Shown here: in pieces, positions 37,367-49,705 of the stretch
Layout: each line of letters begins with the position of its first letter
How positions within the stretch are numbered: position 1 is the stretch's first letter
Virus record (IMG/VR): IMGVR_UViG_3300042558_003703
Reading direction: 5' to 3' (one strand)
Source: an uncultured virus (IMG/VR IMGVR_UViG_3300042558_003703)
Taxonomy: Duplodnaviria > Heunggongvirae > Uroviricota > Caudoviricetes
DNA length: 56,334 nt
The notes under the pieces: model-generated
Databases searched by the model: none
What the model was told of the DNA's origin: nothing
Seen by the model: the letters and a program-made list of their open reading frames with translations, nothing else
Program-made: the position numbers and the translations under genes

Positions 37367-38181
37367 TTTACTGTCCAATAACTTTCGTTTCGAGGCTGAA
37401 TAAGATCTTTAGCTGGACTACGGCCAGTTTCTTTGCGTTTGCCTTTGAGATGGTCAAGGTATGCACCCCAAGCAGTGTTGATCAAAGGATGCCCTTCTCC
37501 TTTGATCAACCCGTGACTCCAGTTTAGCTGACGCCACTTAGGGTGGGCCGCTTGTACTTCGTTTCGAGTTTCATCAAATACCCAGCAGTCATTCCACTCA
37601 GCCATGGTCATAAGACGTCCTGAATCATACGCTAACTGAAACTCTTTAAGCCAGTTCAATGTAATGTTATCACGTAGGTTCATACCGTACAGACCGCATT
37701 CGCTAAACTTTCGTTCGCGTCCTAGATAGGCCAAGCCAATCTTGGGCGGCATTTGACTGTCAATAAATTCTGTAGTGATAGGTGTGTGACACACCATGTC
37801 TGCGTCCATCCAAAACAACACATCAGCATTGCAATTGGCCGCGCTGTGAAATACTGAATATGCTTTGTGACTGAATCTAATAGCGTCCCAACGAAAACCT
37901 ATACCCGGTGCTTTACCTTTGCGATCTTCTGGCCCAGTAGCAATCAGGCCACGTGCTCTAGGATCATTACCCCAGCATTGCTTGAAGGCTACAATTTCAG
38001 GACTTACAGCATGTAAATCTCTAACATGAAGATTGGGTGCGCTTTGATGTATTGCACAATCTTCAGTGTAGACGTATAGATCAATTTCTCTAGGCCAGTT
38101 TTGCAAGAAGGTGTCAATCATGCGGCTGGCATAGCGTTCGTAACCGCTGTGATTAAATGTAGTGACTACTGAGTATTTCAT
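37363..38181 (-). CDS. GT-A glycosyltransferase
   Basis: VVTTFN, RFSHKAY, WMDADM, SECG, EWNDCWVFD, HLKG. Confidence 0.75.
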   Translation of the reverse strand: MKYSVVTTFNHSGYERYASRMIDTFLQNWPREIDLYVYTEDCAIHQSAPNLHVRDLHAVSPEIVAFKQCWGNDPRARGLIATGPEDRKGKAPGIGFRWDAIRFSHKAYSVFHSAANCNADVLFWMDADMVCHTPITTEFIDSQMPPKIGLAYLGRERKFSECGLYGMNLRDNITLNWLKEFQLAYDSGRLMTMAEWNDCWVFDETRNEVQAAHPKWRQLNWSHGLIKGEGHPLINTAWGAYLDHLKGKRKETGRSPAKDLIQPRNESYWTVN

Positions 38182-38204
38182 TGAGGTGTCCGTAGAAAAT
38201 TAAT

Positions 38205-38948
38205 TTATGTCTTAAAAATAACGTCTTGATAATCTTTCCAGAAGGCGTGTTCTGCTATCATTTTTCTCAATTCAGTTTCGTTGTAAATTACCGGATCAAA
38301 CTGATTGTCTTGAATTTGCGTTATAACTGGTACATCCGGCAACGAAACCCTAGCAGGATCGTAGTAAAATGCGTTGTGATAGCTGATGCTGTTTAGAGTA
38401 AAAAATTTCAGTCCATGTGTTTCCCATAAATGCGTATACTTGCTCAGACTAGAGCCGCAAAAATGTCGGCGTGTATAAGTTTTTTTCTTAACATTAGGTA
38501 TGTACGGGAAACTGGCTTTTGTAGTTGACCCAAAATTTGGATTAATTTCTACACATACAACAGCTGGTTTAAATCCAGATTCTAATAATAATTTTGCAAC
38601 TTCGTAATCAAAACTATCTATGTCGAGACTAAAAAAATCACATTGCCAATCTGCTACTGGTTTTAGTAAATCAACAACATCATCAACTGTAATCATTTGT
38701 TGTATTTTAGTTATAGAATTACCCCAACGATTAGGTGTATCTAGATCCCAATCTCTGCCATCGACGCCAACTCCAGTATATCCGCGATCTAATAGATCCA
38801 TGGTCATATTCTGATTGCCAGTACCGAATCCAATTTCAACAAAAGTTTTATGAGGATCTTTAAGTCCAGTCAATATTAGTTCTATTATTCCAGTTTCTCC
38901 AAATTGACTGTGGCCTTGATATTCGTAAGGGAGAGAGAAATTATACAT
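38205..38948 (-). CDS. FkbM-like methyltransferase
   Basis: SQFGETGII, FVEIGFG, FSLDIDSFDY, VCVEIN. Confidence 0.7.
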   Translation of the reverse strand: MYNFSLPYEYQGHSQFGETGIIELILTGLKDPHKTFVEIGFGTGNQNMTMDLLDRGYTGVGVDGRDWDLDTPNRWGNSITKIQQMITVDDVVDLLKPVADWQCDFFSLDIDSFDYEVAKLLLESGFKPAVVCVEINPNFGSTTKASFPYIPNVKKKTYTRRHFCGSSLSKYTHLWETHGLKFFTLNSISYHNAFYYDPARVSLPDVPVITQIQDNQFDPVIYNETELRKMIAEHAFWKDYQDVIFKT

Positions 38949-38967
38949 ATATAACTATTTAACTCAA

Positions 38968-41125
<2,158 letters not shown>

Positions 41126-41129
<4 letters not shown>

Positions 41130-41362
41130 AATATTCCTTTGATTTTTGCCACAAGATATTCATCTGACTTGACCCATCGATACACCACTACTGGTTCGCC
41201 TGGTCCAAACCACATGGCACTTCCCTTATAGGACAATTCCAACCAGATCCACCGGTTTGATATATAGCATCGAACAGGACGCCAGGCAAATTTCATTCTC
41301 CATACAGCACGATCTCGGAACGTATCACTATTGTACATTTGTTTATCTAAGGGCATTAACAT
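41126..41362 (-). CDS. Hypothetical small protein
   Basis: FAWRPVRC..WIWL; probable start ATG 41362. Confidence 0.5.
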
Positions 41363-41364
41363 AG

Positions 41365-41817
41365 TTATACCTGTATATCTTCCATGCCTGCTGTTCGTAG
41401 CTTTACAACATGGCCCGACATCCATTGCTTACTCTCAAGACCTTTCATGATGCCTAACCATCGATTACGTAACAATGCCACTTCATTGATCAGCGTTTCA
41501 AAATCAATTACTTCGTCCTCACCGTCAACATATTTTTCTGCATCCCTACTGGTCAAAGCTCGTGCATAACCTTCTAAATATTTTTGAAAATGTCTACGTC
41601 GTATTTTTCTCAATTGAATATTTAAAAAGTTAAGCACTGCTTCGATTTCCTGCAACTGACCATAACGATGCTCAGTAATGCCGGGCAATTCTTTGATATT
41701 GATTTCAACATAGCCACCAAGGCGACAATCTTTCTTGGCATCTATCAGCTGACTTTCGTAGTAGGACACAAAGTCTGGGATAGTACCGAGATCAGTGACT
41801 ATGCGATTATACCACAT
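41365..41817 (-). CDS. uvsY: Recombination mediator UvsY-like
   Basis: Helical protein with KYVDGEDEV..IMKGLESKQW; close to uvsX. Confidence 0.75.
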   Translation of the reverse strand: MWYNRIVTDLGTIPDFVSYYESQLIDAKKDCRLGGYVEINIKELPGITEHRYGQLQEIEAVLNFLNIQLRKIRRRHFQKYLEGYARALTSRDAEKYVDGEDEVIDFETLINEVALLRNRWLGIMKGLESKQWMSGHVVKLRTAGMEDIQV

Positions 41818-41819
41818 GG

Positions 41820-42077
41820 TTAATAGTCTTCTTCGTCGTCATCGTAGTCAGCATCTTCATCATCTGATTCTTCTTCGTCATCCGAGCGATCACTGACGTA
41901 AGCATTGAGTGCTTTTTTAATTTCAGGATCACCTTTAAATGCGTCACGAATTTCGTCAGAATCAAAGTTGCTGTCTATCAACAGGTTGACCATAGCATCG
42001 GCCGCTTCGGTCCTGTCTAACGTGCCGATATAACGTTTGAGTTCTTCCCATACTGCTGCTGCTAAATCTACTGACAT
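41820..42077 (-). CDS. Small protein with acidic tail
   Basis: Coupled between uvsX and uvsY; D/E-rich C-terminus. Confidence 0.65.
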   Translation of the reverse strand: MSVDLAAAVWEELKRYIGTLDRTEAADAMVNLLIDSNFDSDEIRDAFKGDPEIKKALNAYVSDRSDDEEESDDEDADYDDDEEDY

Positions 42078-43142
42078 TTATACATCTCCTTCTGTGTCAA
42101 CGTCAGGTGTACTTACCTCAGCCACTGGCTTGGAAAAATCTTGCATGACCTTGTCCAGGCAACCATCTTCGTTGCTTTCCCAGGCCTTGCGGAACTGTTT
42201 GATAACTTCGCCATCAGTTGTGGTAAAGGCCAATCTATTACCGTCTTTCTTTAGTAAGCCACGCTTTTCTGCCAAGTCTACTAGACCGCTGTAAGGATTC
42301 ATACCAGTTTCATACGGAATCTTGACCTGGACGCCTTCAAAAGGTTTAGCATAGCGTGTCTTCATGACCTTGCAAGCGGCTCGAATACCCATGACATCAG
42401 AGATCTTGTTACCATCCTCGTCCTCTTTCAACTTGAGCTTTTTCATAGCAATAACAATGCTACTTGCGTAGATAAAGCCTTGTCCACCTGAGATTTTGTC
42501 ATCAGGGTCAAACATGTCTTGACTAGCGTATGTGTGATTGGTACAGACCATACCCACGTTGTAATTACCAAACATGTTGACGCAGTTGCGAACCAGGGCT
42601 GTCAAGGCCTTGGGCTTACGACCCAAGTCACCTTTCATTTCGCCTGCTTCAAACTGGTTAACATCTGTAGGAGTTAACAACATACCCAGGCTGTCAATAA
42701 CAAACAAGACTTTAGGACGTTCTCCGTCGGGCAGAGATTTGTATTCGCTCATGAATGTGGCAATGGTTTTTGCTACATCATCGATCATGGACATGGACAG
42801 TTTGAGAAGTTTTTCTGGGCTGGTGTCTACACCCAGGGCCTTCATCCATGATTCATCCAGGGCGTTTTCACTATCAACTAACACAACAAAGATGCCTTGT
42901 TCTTGTGCATTCTTGATAATGTTGCCGCTGCAGAAATAACTCTTGCCTGCACCGGACTCGCCTGCAAACACAGTGACCTTGCCCAAGGGTACACCCTTGT
43001 TGAAATCGCCAGAGATCAAGTAGTTGAGTGCGTAATTGCCTGTTGAGATCCAGTCTGTGGGATCGTTGAATCCGATACTGAGTCCATCAATACTTTTTGT
43101 AATTTCCTTGCGGAATTTGCTTACGTCAAATGGTTTTGCCAT
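42078..43142 (-). CDS. uvsX: RecA-like recombinase UvsX
   Basis: GESGAGKS, DSENA, VIDSLG, NHTY, SGGQG..YASS. Confidence 0.93.
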   Translation of the reverse strand: MAKPFDVSKFRKEITKSIDGLSIGFNDPTDWISTGNYALNYLISGDFNKGVPLGKVTVFAGESGAGKSYFCSGNIIKNAQEQGIFVVLVDSENALDESWMKALGVDTSPEKLLKLSMSMIDDVAKTIATFMSEYKSLPDGERPKVLFVIDSLGMLLTPTDVNQFEAGEMKGDLGRKPKALTALVRNCVNMFGNYNVGMVCTNHTYASQDMFDPDDKISGGQGFIYASSIVIAMKKLKLKEDEDGNKISDVMGIRAACKVMKTRYAKPFEGVQVKIPYETGMNPYSGLVDLAEKRGLLKKDGNRLAFTTTDGEVIKQFRKAWESNEDGCLDKVMQDFSKPVAEVSTPDVDTEGDV

Positions 43143-43144
43143 GT

Positions 43145-44044
43145 TTATTCCTTGTGTAATATAATTGAGAATCTATTATTCGCTTGTATATTTTTATACA
43201 AGATTTGCCTGTACTTTGTCAAGTTATCATTTAAATTAATAAGATTACCAATATTTAAAAAATTGCCAATTGGTTCGCGATTGTTCCGACGACACGACTC
43301 CACATACTCTACGCTCATTGAAATTGTCTCGGGAGGTTTGATCCTAATGGCTACGTAATTTAATAATTCGTTGTAGGAGTTTTCGTCGTCGTACATCAAA
43401 TCAGTATCAAAGTTTTGAAACTTGTCATACAGTGTACGTCCTAAATGATTAAAGTCTATTGATAAATTAGCAGTACTGTTACTGAGACAACTCTTAGGAA
43501 AAGGATTTGACATTTCAATCCAATTCTCAATCTCGGACTTAGCACGAACATATTTAAATATTGATTCCAGCTGATGTACATAAAGATTTATGTCATCGAA
43601 CTCTTTTTTGACATGTAATTTGTCTAAAATATCGCCTACCCGAACAACCGGCAACTCGTCTGGATAAATGTTATGTATTTGTTCCACTATTTCAGAATTG
43701 TTATATCTTTTACGTTGATCCACAATCACGTATTGCTGTTTTTGAAAACTTACCCAATCTGCATGTAATTTATTAAGATAAGACTGATCTAAATAAGTTA
43801 GATGGTTTGGTCTGTGAATATCGGTATTGATGATATGCTGTATTGGCATATCATTAAACTTTTGTATAATTGAGTCTAATCCATTTATATTTTGCTGGAT
43901 CGTCTCGGCTGTGGGATTAAAAATCTTAAAATAATTAATTTTAAGTTGATTTAAACAATCAACATAATACTCAAGAATTTCTGAGTTAACAGATTCAAAC
44001 GGTAGTACATCCCCTGAGTTCTCAAATGCCAAACAAAAATACAT
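43145..44044 (-). CDS. Hypothetical AT-rich protein inserted between ssb and uvsX
   Basis: Intact 299-aa ORF, visibly AT-richer than its neighbours. Confidence 0.65.
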   Translation of the reverse strand: MYFCLAFENSGDVLPFESVNSEILEYYVDCLNQLKINYFKIFNPTAETIQQNINGLDSIIQKFNDMPIQHIINTDIHRPNHLTYLDQSYLNKLHADWVSFQKQQYVIVDQRKRYNNSEIVEQIHNIYPDELPVVRVGDILDKLHVKKEFDDINLYVHQLESIFKYVRAKSEIENWIEMSNPFPKSCLSNSTANLSIDFNHLGRTLYDKFQNFDTDLMYDDENSYNELLNYVAIRIKPPETISMSVEYVESCRRNNREPIGNFLNIGNLINLNDNLTKYRQILYKNIQANNRFSIILHKE

Positions 44045-44053
44045 AATATAGAT

Positions 44054-44076
44054 GCAGAGGATTATTAATCCTCTGC
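44054..44076. terminator. Stem-loop downstream of the ssb gene
   Basis: GCAGAGGATT-N3-AATCCTCTGC, perfect 10-bp stem with a weak U-tract. Confidence 0.55.
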
Positions 44077-44086
44077 TGAGTTAAGT

Positions 44087-45079
44087 TTACTTCTGATTAC
44101 GAGCCCGGATCATAGCCAAGATGTCCTGTGCATTTTGCCCGCCGGCTGGTTTGGCTTCAACCGGCGACGCCGCTGCTGCAGGTGCAGGAGCATCTGGCTC
44201 AAATGGAACGTCATCGTCGACTGGTGCAGAAGATTTAGCTACTGCTGCAACTGCTGGTGTCGCTGACTCTGTTGACGATCCTGCTGGTGCCTGAACTCCG
44301 GCCGGCCGGTAGTACTGTCCCCACCGCTCTGTGTCATACGGTTGACCATCCACCGAAGCTTCAAACATTTCTTTCATGACCTTTAGTTCAACATCAGTTG
44401 GTTTCTTGGGCATGAATGAAGAAAGATCAAATAATCCATATTGCTCAACTGCTGCTTGTTCAGCTTCGGTCAAGGCTGATTCTTTGCGTGACCACTTGCT
44501 TGTGTTGTAGTCGGCATATCCGCCCTTGCTGGTTTTAGCAATACGGAAGTCCAGACCACGCAACATGTCTGTTGGCAATTCCTCAAGTTCAGGATCCATA
44601 AGAGCCGACTTAATGGTTGCAAAGATTTGCGGACCGATAATGAAACGACGAATTGGATTTTCTGGTGTGCGGTCTTCGGTAATGGGATTCTCACGCACAA
44701 AGCCCTGGAACACGTAGCTACGCTTCTTCCAGTACTTGCGACCCATTTCTTCAAGACTCTTGTCTTTGAACCAGCCGCGTACTTCGGCTAGAATTGGGCA
44801 TGCCTCGCCCCACATTTCTACGCATGGTACTTGTACTTGTACCTGTTTAGAATCCATCTCTCCTTTGATGCCATTGAACGGCAAACGAATCATTGCTCGT
44901 TCGACCCAGAAAAATGTGTTTTTGGAGTTTGCGTCTGGAAGAAAACGCAGGAGTGCGGAACTACCTTCTTCCATATTCCAGTGCGGATAAATTGCATTAT
45001 CGCCACCACCGGATGATTGTCCACCTTTGTTTGATTCTGCTGCTTGGAGTCTTGCTCTGATTTCTGCTAAGCTGGCCAT
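44087..45079 (-). CDS. Single-stranded DNA-binding protein (T4 gp32-like)
   Basis: LRFLPD, PC..CPI, YWKKRSY, GLDFRIAKTSKGGYADYNTSKW, DILAMIR C-terminus. Confidence 0.9.
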   Translation of the reverse strand: MASLAEIRARLQAAESNKGGQSSGGGDNAIYPHWNMEEGSSALLRFLPDANSKNTFFWVERAMIRLPFNGIKGEMDSKQVQVQVPCVEMWGEACPILAEVRGWFKDKSLEEMGRKYWKKRSYVFQGFVRENPITEDRTPENPIRRFIIGPQIFATIKSALMDPELEELPTDMLRGLDFRIAKTSKGGYADYNTSKWSRKESALTEAEQAAVEQYGLFDLSSFMPKKPTDVELKVMKEMFEASVDGQPYDTERWGQYYRPAGVQAPAGSSTESATPAVAAVAKSSAPVDDDVPFEPDAPAPAAAASPVEAKPAGGQNAQDILAMIRARNQK

Positions 45080-45183
45080 TTTGTATTTTCTCTCTAAGTT
45101 GATTTAATATGATTTAAGTTAAGTTGTCTTAAATGTTGCCTTACTACAATGCTATTATACACGACATTGTTTCGTGTTTGCTA
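45080..45183 (-). promoter_or_regulatory. ssb promoter and G-poor CAACTTA-repeat leader (putative autoregulatory operator)
   Basis: TAGCAA-18bp-TATAAT in the 3' end of the endonuclease gene; leader has repeated CAACTTA/TTAAA. Confidence 0.55.
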
Positions 45184-45883
45184 CTAATCTGGCTAAATTC
45201 GTTTCGCATCTCTTTTCGTGCTGGTTGATTTGTACAGAGGAGTAATCTTTGCCACAATACTTACAGTCTACCCTACGGTAGTGCGTGCCTTTGCGAGCCT
45301 TGTTCATTTCTATAAACTGTTTGCTTCTTGCTTCTAACGCACCAGGCTTTTGGTATATCCAGTTATTTTTACCAGATATTTTCTCTGCTACATCTGCTTT
45401 TTTCATATGATGATTATCACCACTTTTGCTTGCTACATTACGAGATATAAATTCTGGATCACTCCAAGGATGCTGACCAACAAAATTAGCCCACTTTTGC
45501 GTTTGTGCCTTTGAGGCTCCTGTATTTGGTTTACCGTAGGAATGATGAGCTTCACCTTTTTTACCGTAGTGCGGATGGTCTACTCCATATAGCGGAGCAA
45601 TAGACTTGTTATCCGTTCTGTTCAACCATTTATCACTACTAACTGCCCTTGCCCGTTTCAATACACGATGCTCCCAGTTTTGAGCAACAGAAACGTCCGT
45701 AAATGTTTTACGCACCTGGATAACGTCAGGCTCGCCGTATCGAGCAATAAATTCTGCTACGTATTTGGATGAGGTTTTGTATGGATTCCAAAGATCACCT
45801 GGGTCGCAATCTTGAGCGTATCTAACGCCGTAGTAACTAATGTTTAGCTGGGTCCATCTGATGAGATATGTATATGGTATCAT
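45155..45883 (-). mobile_element. Free-standing GIY-YIG (Seg-like) homing endonuclease gene
   Basis: PYTYLI..YYGVR..W.PYKTSS..E..L..WLN; NUMOD-like HPHYGK repeats; C-terminal CKYC..H...C. Confidence 0.75.
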
Positions 45884-45888
45884 TTTAA

Positions 45889-45946
45889 TAAGTTGCCTGT
45901 TTAAGTTGCCTGTTTAAGTTGTTTTTAAATCTTAATACTATTTATA
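45889..45946 (-). repeat. 13-bp tandem repeat leader downstream of a perfect TATAAATA
   Basis: TAAGTTGCCTGTT x2.5 at 45889-45921; TATAAATA at 45939-45946. Confidence 0.75.
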
Positions 45947-45967
45947 TCTATGTAAAAATTTATAAAT

Positions 45968-47347
45968 TTATTTGAGCAGTTGTGCCAATCGCAAAATACG
46001 CTCTACACTCTCACTGCTCATATTACTGGGCTTGGTCATCATAACACCATCCACATCCAAATTCTCAGCTTGCACTGATTCTTGATCTTGGGGTGGTGTT
46101 GCAGCAGCAGTCGGGTCAGTGGGAGGGATCTCTATATTGATCCCTAGTTCGGCCAATCTGGCTTGCACCAAAGGTCTAGCGTCGGCGTTGGCATCTTCAG
46201 CAGCCAAGTCAGCCAGCTGATCGAACAATTCGTCGTCGCCAAACACATCATACAGTTGTTCTGTGGCATTGGTTGCATCTGGCCCCACTGGCATCTCTTG
46301 TGCCATGAGTTCTTTCAATTTTGATTCACTAGCAGGCGAGTCGGGAGTTGCCCAAGTACCTTCAGTTACTGAATCAGCCCAGGATTCAAATTGATCTGCT
46401 TCTTTCATGTCGTTGTATCTTCCCATTTCGGATAGTTTTGTCAACAACGGAATAGCTTCTTCAATTCTGCTGTCCAGTGACTGCTCAATAAACATGTTTC
46501 TAATTGAATCAGTTAGATCCTGTGCATTGGTTGCTGCTGCAGGATCGTAGCTTTCTAATTCGCGATGATACCCGCGTTGACTTATAATTCGTTTGGCTTT
46601 GTCTTTGAGGTCTTGATAATGACGAATAGCAGTTTCGCACATAGCAGCAGCGTCGCCACTGAACTGCTTGCTTCTAGCAGCTCGTACAAATTTAGACAGT
46701 GTACTCATTTCGCTGACAATTTCGTTAATGTGCTGACCAAAAGCATCGTAAGGATTTCCGCCTTCGCTGATATGTCGCGACAGCATTCTTCCGTGAGCAA
46801 GATTTTTGCTAGGAACTTTGAATCGTTCACCATCCTGTGTTTCCACAAACAAGCTTTCAATATTTCTGTAACGCTTGTCACCTTCGCCCAAGGGACGATT
46901 GTGTTTGATTACCAGTTTGACCTGCTTGGGTTGATCACTGTAGCTGAACTTCTTGTTACCGTAATAGCCTTCAAACAGGCCTTCTTTGATGGCTGCAATG
47001 CCTTGCATGGTGTACTTGAGACGGTTGAGATTTTCGATATCAAATCCCATTAAGTTGTTACGAACACTGAATTCCTTTATTTGATTTAAGAATTCGTACC
47101 ATTCGCTTTTGTCGGCACCTTCCATGCTGCGACCAAGATTATCACCGAAAAATATTTTTAAGTTGTTGTCTTCACCGAATAAAATTACCACAGTTCCGTA
47201 ATTTTTGTTTTCAGTTTTCCAATCAAAACTAAACATTGTAGCTTCGTCTGGGTTGTCTACGGCTACGCCCTTGGCATCCAAAATCTCAGGCTCAAAGTCC
47301 CGGGTGATTAAGATATTGTATAGTTGAGTTTGTGGTGAATTCTGCAT
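45968..47347 (-). CDS. Hypothetical late protein (probable head-associated)
   Basis: Follows the terminase; ATAAATA 5 nt before the ATG; x-x-E sites; acidic C-terminus. Confidence 0.6.
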   Translation of the reverse strand: MQNSPQTQLYNILITRDFEPEILDAKGVAVDNPDEATMFSFDWKTENKNYGTVVILFGEDNNLKIFFGDNLGRSMEGADKSEWYEFLNQIKEFSVRNNLMGFDIENLNRLKYTMQGIAAIKEGLFEGYYGNKKFSYSDQPKQVKLVIKHNRPLGEGDKRYRNIESLFVETQDGERFKVPSKNLAHGRMLSRHISEGGNPYDAFGQHINEIVSEMSTLSKFVRAARSKQFSGDAAAMCETAIRHYQDLKDKAKRIISQRGYHRELESYDPAAATNAQDLTDSIRNMFIEQSLDSRIEEAIPLLTKLSEMGRYNDMKEADQFESWADSVTEGTWATPDSPASESKLKELMAQEMPVGPDATNATEQLYDVFGDDELFDQLADLAAEDANADARPLVQARLAELGINIEIPPTDPTAAATPPQDQESVQAENLDVDGVMMTKPSNMSSESVERILRLAQLLK

Positions 47348-47358
47348 AATTGTATTTA

Positions 47359-48909
47359 TTACATTGACATAATGAACGGCAAAGGTTCAATGATGCTGTC
47401 TTGGTGATCTCGCATTTGAGTGTCTAGTTCACTGTGATAGCTTTGCAGTACCTGCAGCATGCGTGTTACCAACAAAGTTGCCATGATCAAATCGTCAGTT
47501 TCGCCTGGTTTAGCTGCATAGCCGACACCGTGTGCTACAAAATTCTTCAATTCGGTTACAAGACTGGGACTGGAAATTGTCATTCGATTGCTTTCTATCA
47601 GATGCTTGAATTTTGCACAAGCTGCCAATTTGGGCTTGTTTGATGTGTTGAATCCTTTGCGATTTTTTCCAGGCTCACTTAAGAAATAGCCCTGTATGTT
47701 TTCTTCGCCGTATTCAGCAATGCTGATTAGAGCAGCTTCGCCGATTGAATTGTTTTCCACACTGTAATAGATACTTTTAGGATCACGCACTACATCGTTG
47801 ATGTGTCGAATAATGTCGGCTAAGATGCGAATTTGTGATGGAATATCAGTGCGGTTGTGTCGCCATTCGGCTACCTGCTCAGTTGAGTTTGCTTCGAATA
47901 CCTGTATTGCAGCAGGATCTCCCCCAGTACCCAGACTGGGATCAAGTCCTACTACATAGATGCGATCTGCAGAGGGTTTTTTATACCATCGCACTTCGCC
48001 GGTCTTATACAAAGGATTACATCCTTCTAAGTCAATTAGTGTAGTAGGAGCAATCAGTGTTTCGTCTGCAATAATGAATTCGCAATCCATTTCTCTACGG
48101 AAACGATCAACTCCTAAAGCAGCACGTTGTTGTTGAGCCCAGGTTTCGTCTCTGTCGGGGTGCTCATTCCAAAAGCTTCGATAGGCTCGGAATCCGTTCT
48201 GTCCCACTTCAGTTGGATTGCCATACTCGTCTTCACACTTATTGGCACCTTTCCATAGTAAGGCAAACTGGTCTTCGTCTGAGTTTGGCGTCGATGTAAT
48301 AATGGCCTTACCACCTGTTGCCAAGGTAGGTGATATCGAAGTCCAGAATTCTGTGGCAATAGTGGGACGCACAAATGCAAATTCGTCAGCATACAAGAGC
48401 GAAATACTCATACCTCGACCGGTGTTTTCAGTTGTGGTAGCTGACACAATACGACTTCCGTTGTCAAATTCTATCGAGCCTTTGTTGTAGTTTGTGGCCC
48501 CGGCACGTATATGATCTGGAACACTTTCATAAGCATAGCGGACACGCTGCATGATTTCTTGAGAGCCTGTGTACTTGTGTGCTGCTACCAGTATGGTAGA
48601 ATCTGGCACAAACATAGCATACCATAAGAGATATCCAGCAGCACTAGTTGACTTGCCTGTTTGCCTTGGCATCATCGATATGCTGTAACGATAGTTATGA
48701 TATACTTCAATCAGTCGAGTTTGATACGGAAATGGGTGATACAACATGCGCCCGCGGGTAGGATGCTGTATAAAAAAGAAATTGTCCATAAAATACAAAG
48801 GACCCATTACTGGGTCAGCACAAGCCATGAATTCTTGTATTTGTTGGTCGGTATACAGATTTCTCTGATGTGGGGACTTGACCAGTGCCGATTCTGTGTT
48901 GTTACCCAT
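47359..48909 (-). CDS. Terminase large subunit (T4 gp17-like)
   Basis: PRQTGKST, YADEFAF, ITSTPN, GLDPSLG, VENN, DDLIMA. Confidence 0.95.
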   Translation of the reverse strand: MGNNTESALVKSPHQRNLYTDQQIQEFMACADPVMGPLYFMDNFFFIQHPTRGRMLYHPFPYQTRLIEVYHNYRYSISMMPRQTGKSTSAAGYLLWYAMFVPDSTILVAAHKYTGSQEIMQRVRYAYESVPDHIRAGATNYNKGSIEFDNGSRIVSATTTENTGRGMSISLLYADEFAFVRPTIATEFWTSISPTLATGGKAIITSTPNSDEDQFALLWKGANKCEDEYGNPTEVGQNGFRAYRSFWNEHPDRDETWAQQQRAALGVDRFRREMDCEFIIADETLIAPTTLIDLEGCNPLYKTGEVRWYKKPSADRIYVVGLDPSLGTGGDPAAIQVFEANSTEQVAEWRHNRTDIPSQIRILADIIRHINDVVRDPKSIYYSVENNSIGEAALISIAEYGEENIQGYFLSEPGKNRKGFNTSNKPKLAACAKFKHLIESNRMTISSPSLVTELKNFVAHGVGYAAKPGETDDLIMATLLVTRMLQVLQSYHSELDTQMRDHQDSIIEPLPFIMSM

Positions 48910-49702
48910 AGTGTGCTTTATTGAAAGATTGAAATTTTGAATACATTATGTTTGCCACGTATTCCTGATATGAAACTCCTGGATGCATTAAATCTCTGGC
49001 AAAATCAGTGTTTCTAGTGTCATTATGAATATACTCGGAAAGTGCATCATGAGAGCAATATGTAAATAGCGGAATGTTAGCTTTTGCACATAATTGTTCT
49101 ATAGCAAGTAAGGTTTTCTTTGTGTTATAAATTCCGTTAAACGGTTGAGATAACCATTCCTTGGCAAAACTTTTATGATTCCTAATATTGGATGGGTGTA
49201 TTACAGGAAATTCATTTTCGATGTCGCAATACTCAAGTCTATTTACAGGAGGTATCAACAGAAAAATATATTTTGTATTCAACCGATCAATGTAGTGTTC
49301 CAATATTCTAAATACTGTATCAATTGTGCCGCCGCCGCTTCCTAAATTCCGCACTGTAAAATCTAGCATTGAAGATAAACGGCGAGACCAAGTTTGATAC
49401 AGATGTAAACCTGTTCCTTCAGTAAAACTACATCCCAATGCTAGCGCACACGGCTTATCATCAAATTCTAAACATCTGAATCCATGACTGTTGTACGAAT
49501 ATTCTATGGTCGAATTTATCCATCCGTGTTTCTGCAATAAGATATAAGCGGAACTTGTTTGCATGTTTTTTTCATAAAGTTCTAACTGGTCTGACCCATT
49601 CCAATGTATAGTCGATCCTTTGTAAAAATAATTGTGTTGAAATGGTGGTTGATCACTAAGTGATGGTGCGATGTTTATGGTATATCCTGTATCTTTAGTC
49701 AT
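48902..49702 (-). CDS. SGNH/GDSL-like hydrolase
   Basis: NSHGFRC, LGCSFTEGTG, NLGSGG, RDLMHPG. Confidence 0.75.
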   Translation of the reverse strand: MTKDTGYTINIAPSLSDQPPFQHNYFYKGSTIHWNGSDQLELYEKNMQTSSAYILLQKHGWINSTIEYSYNSHGFRCLEFDDKPCALALGCSFTEGTGLHLYQTWSRRLSSMLDFTVRNLGSGGGTIDTVFRILEHYIDRLNTKYIFLLIPPVNRLEYCDIENEFPVIHPSNIRNHKSFAKEWLSQPFNGIYNTKKTLLAIEQLCAKANIPLFTYCSHDALSEYIHNDTRNTDFARDLMHPGVSYQEYVANIMYSKFQSFNKAHYG

Positions 49703-49705
49703 AAT

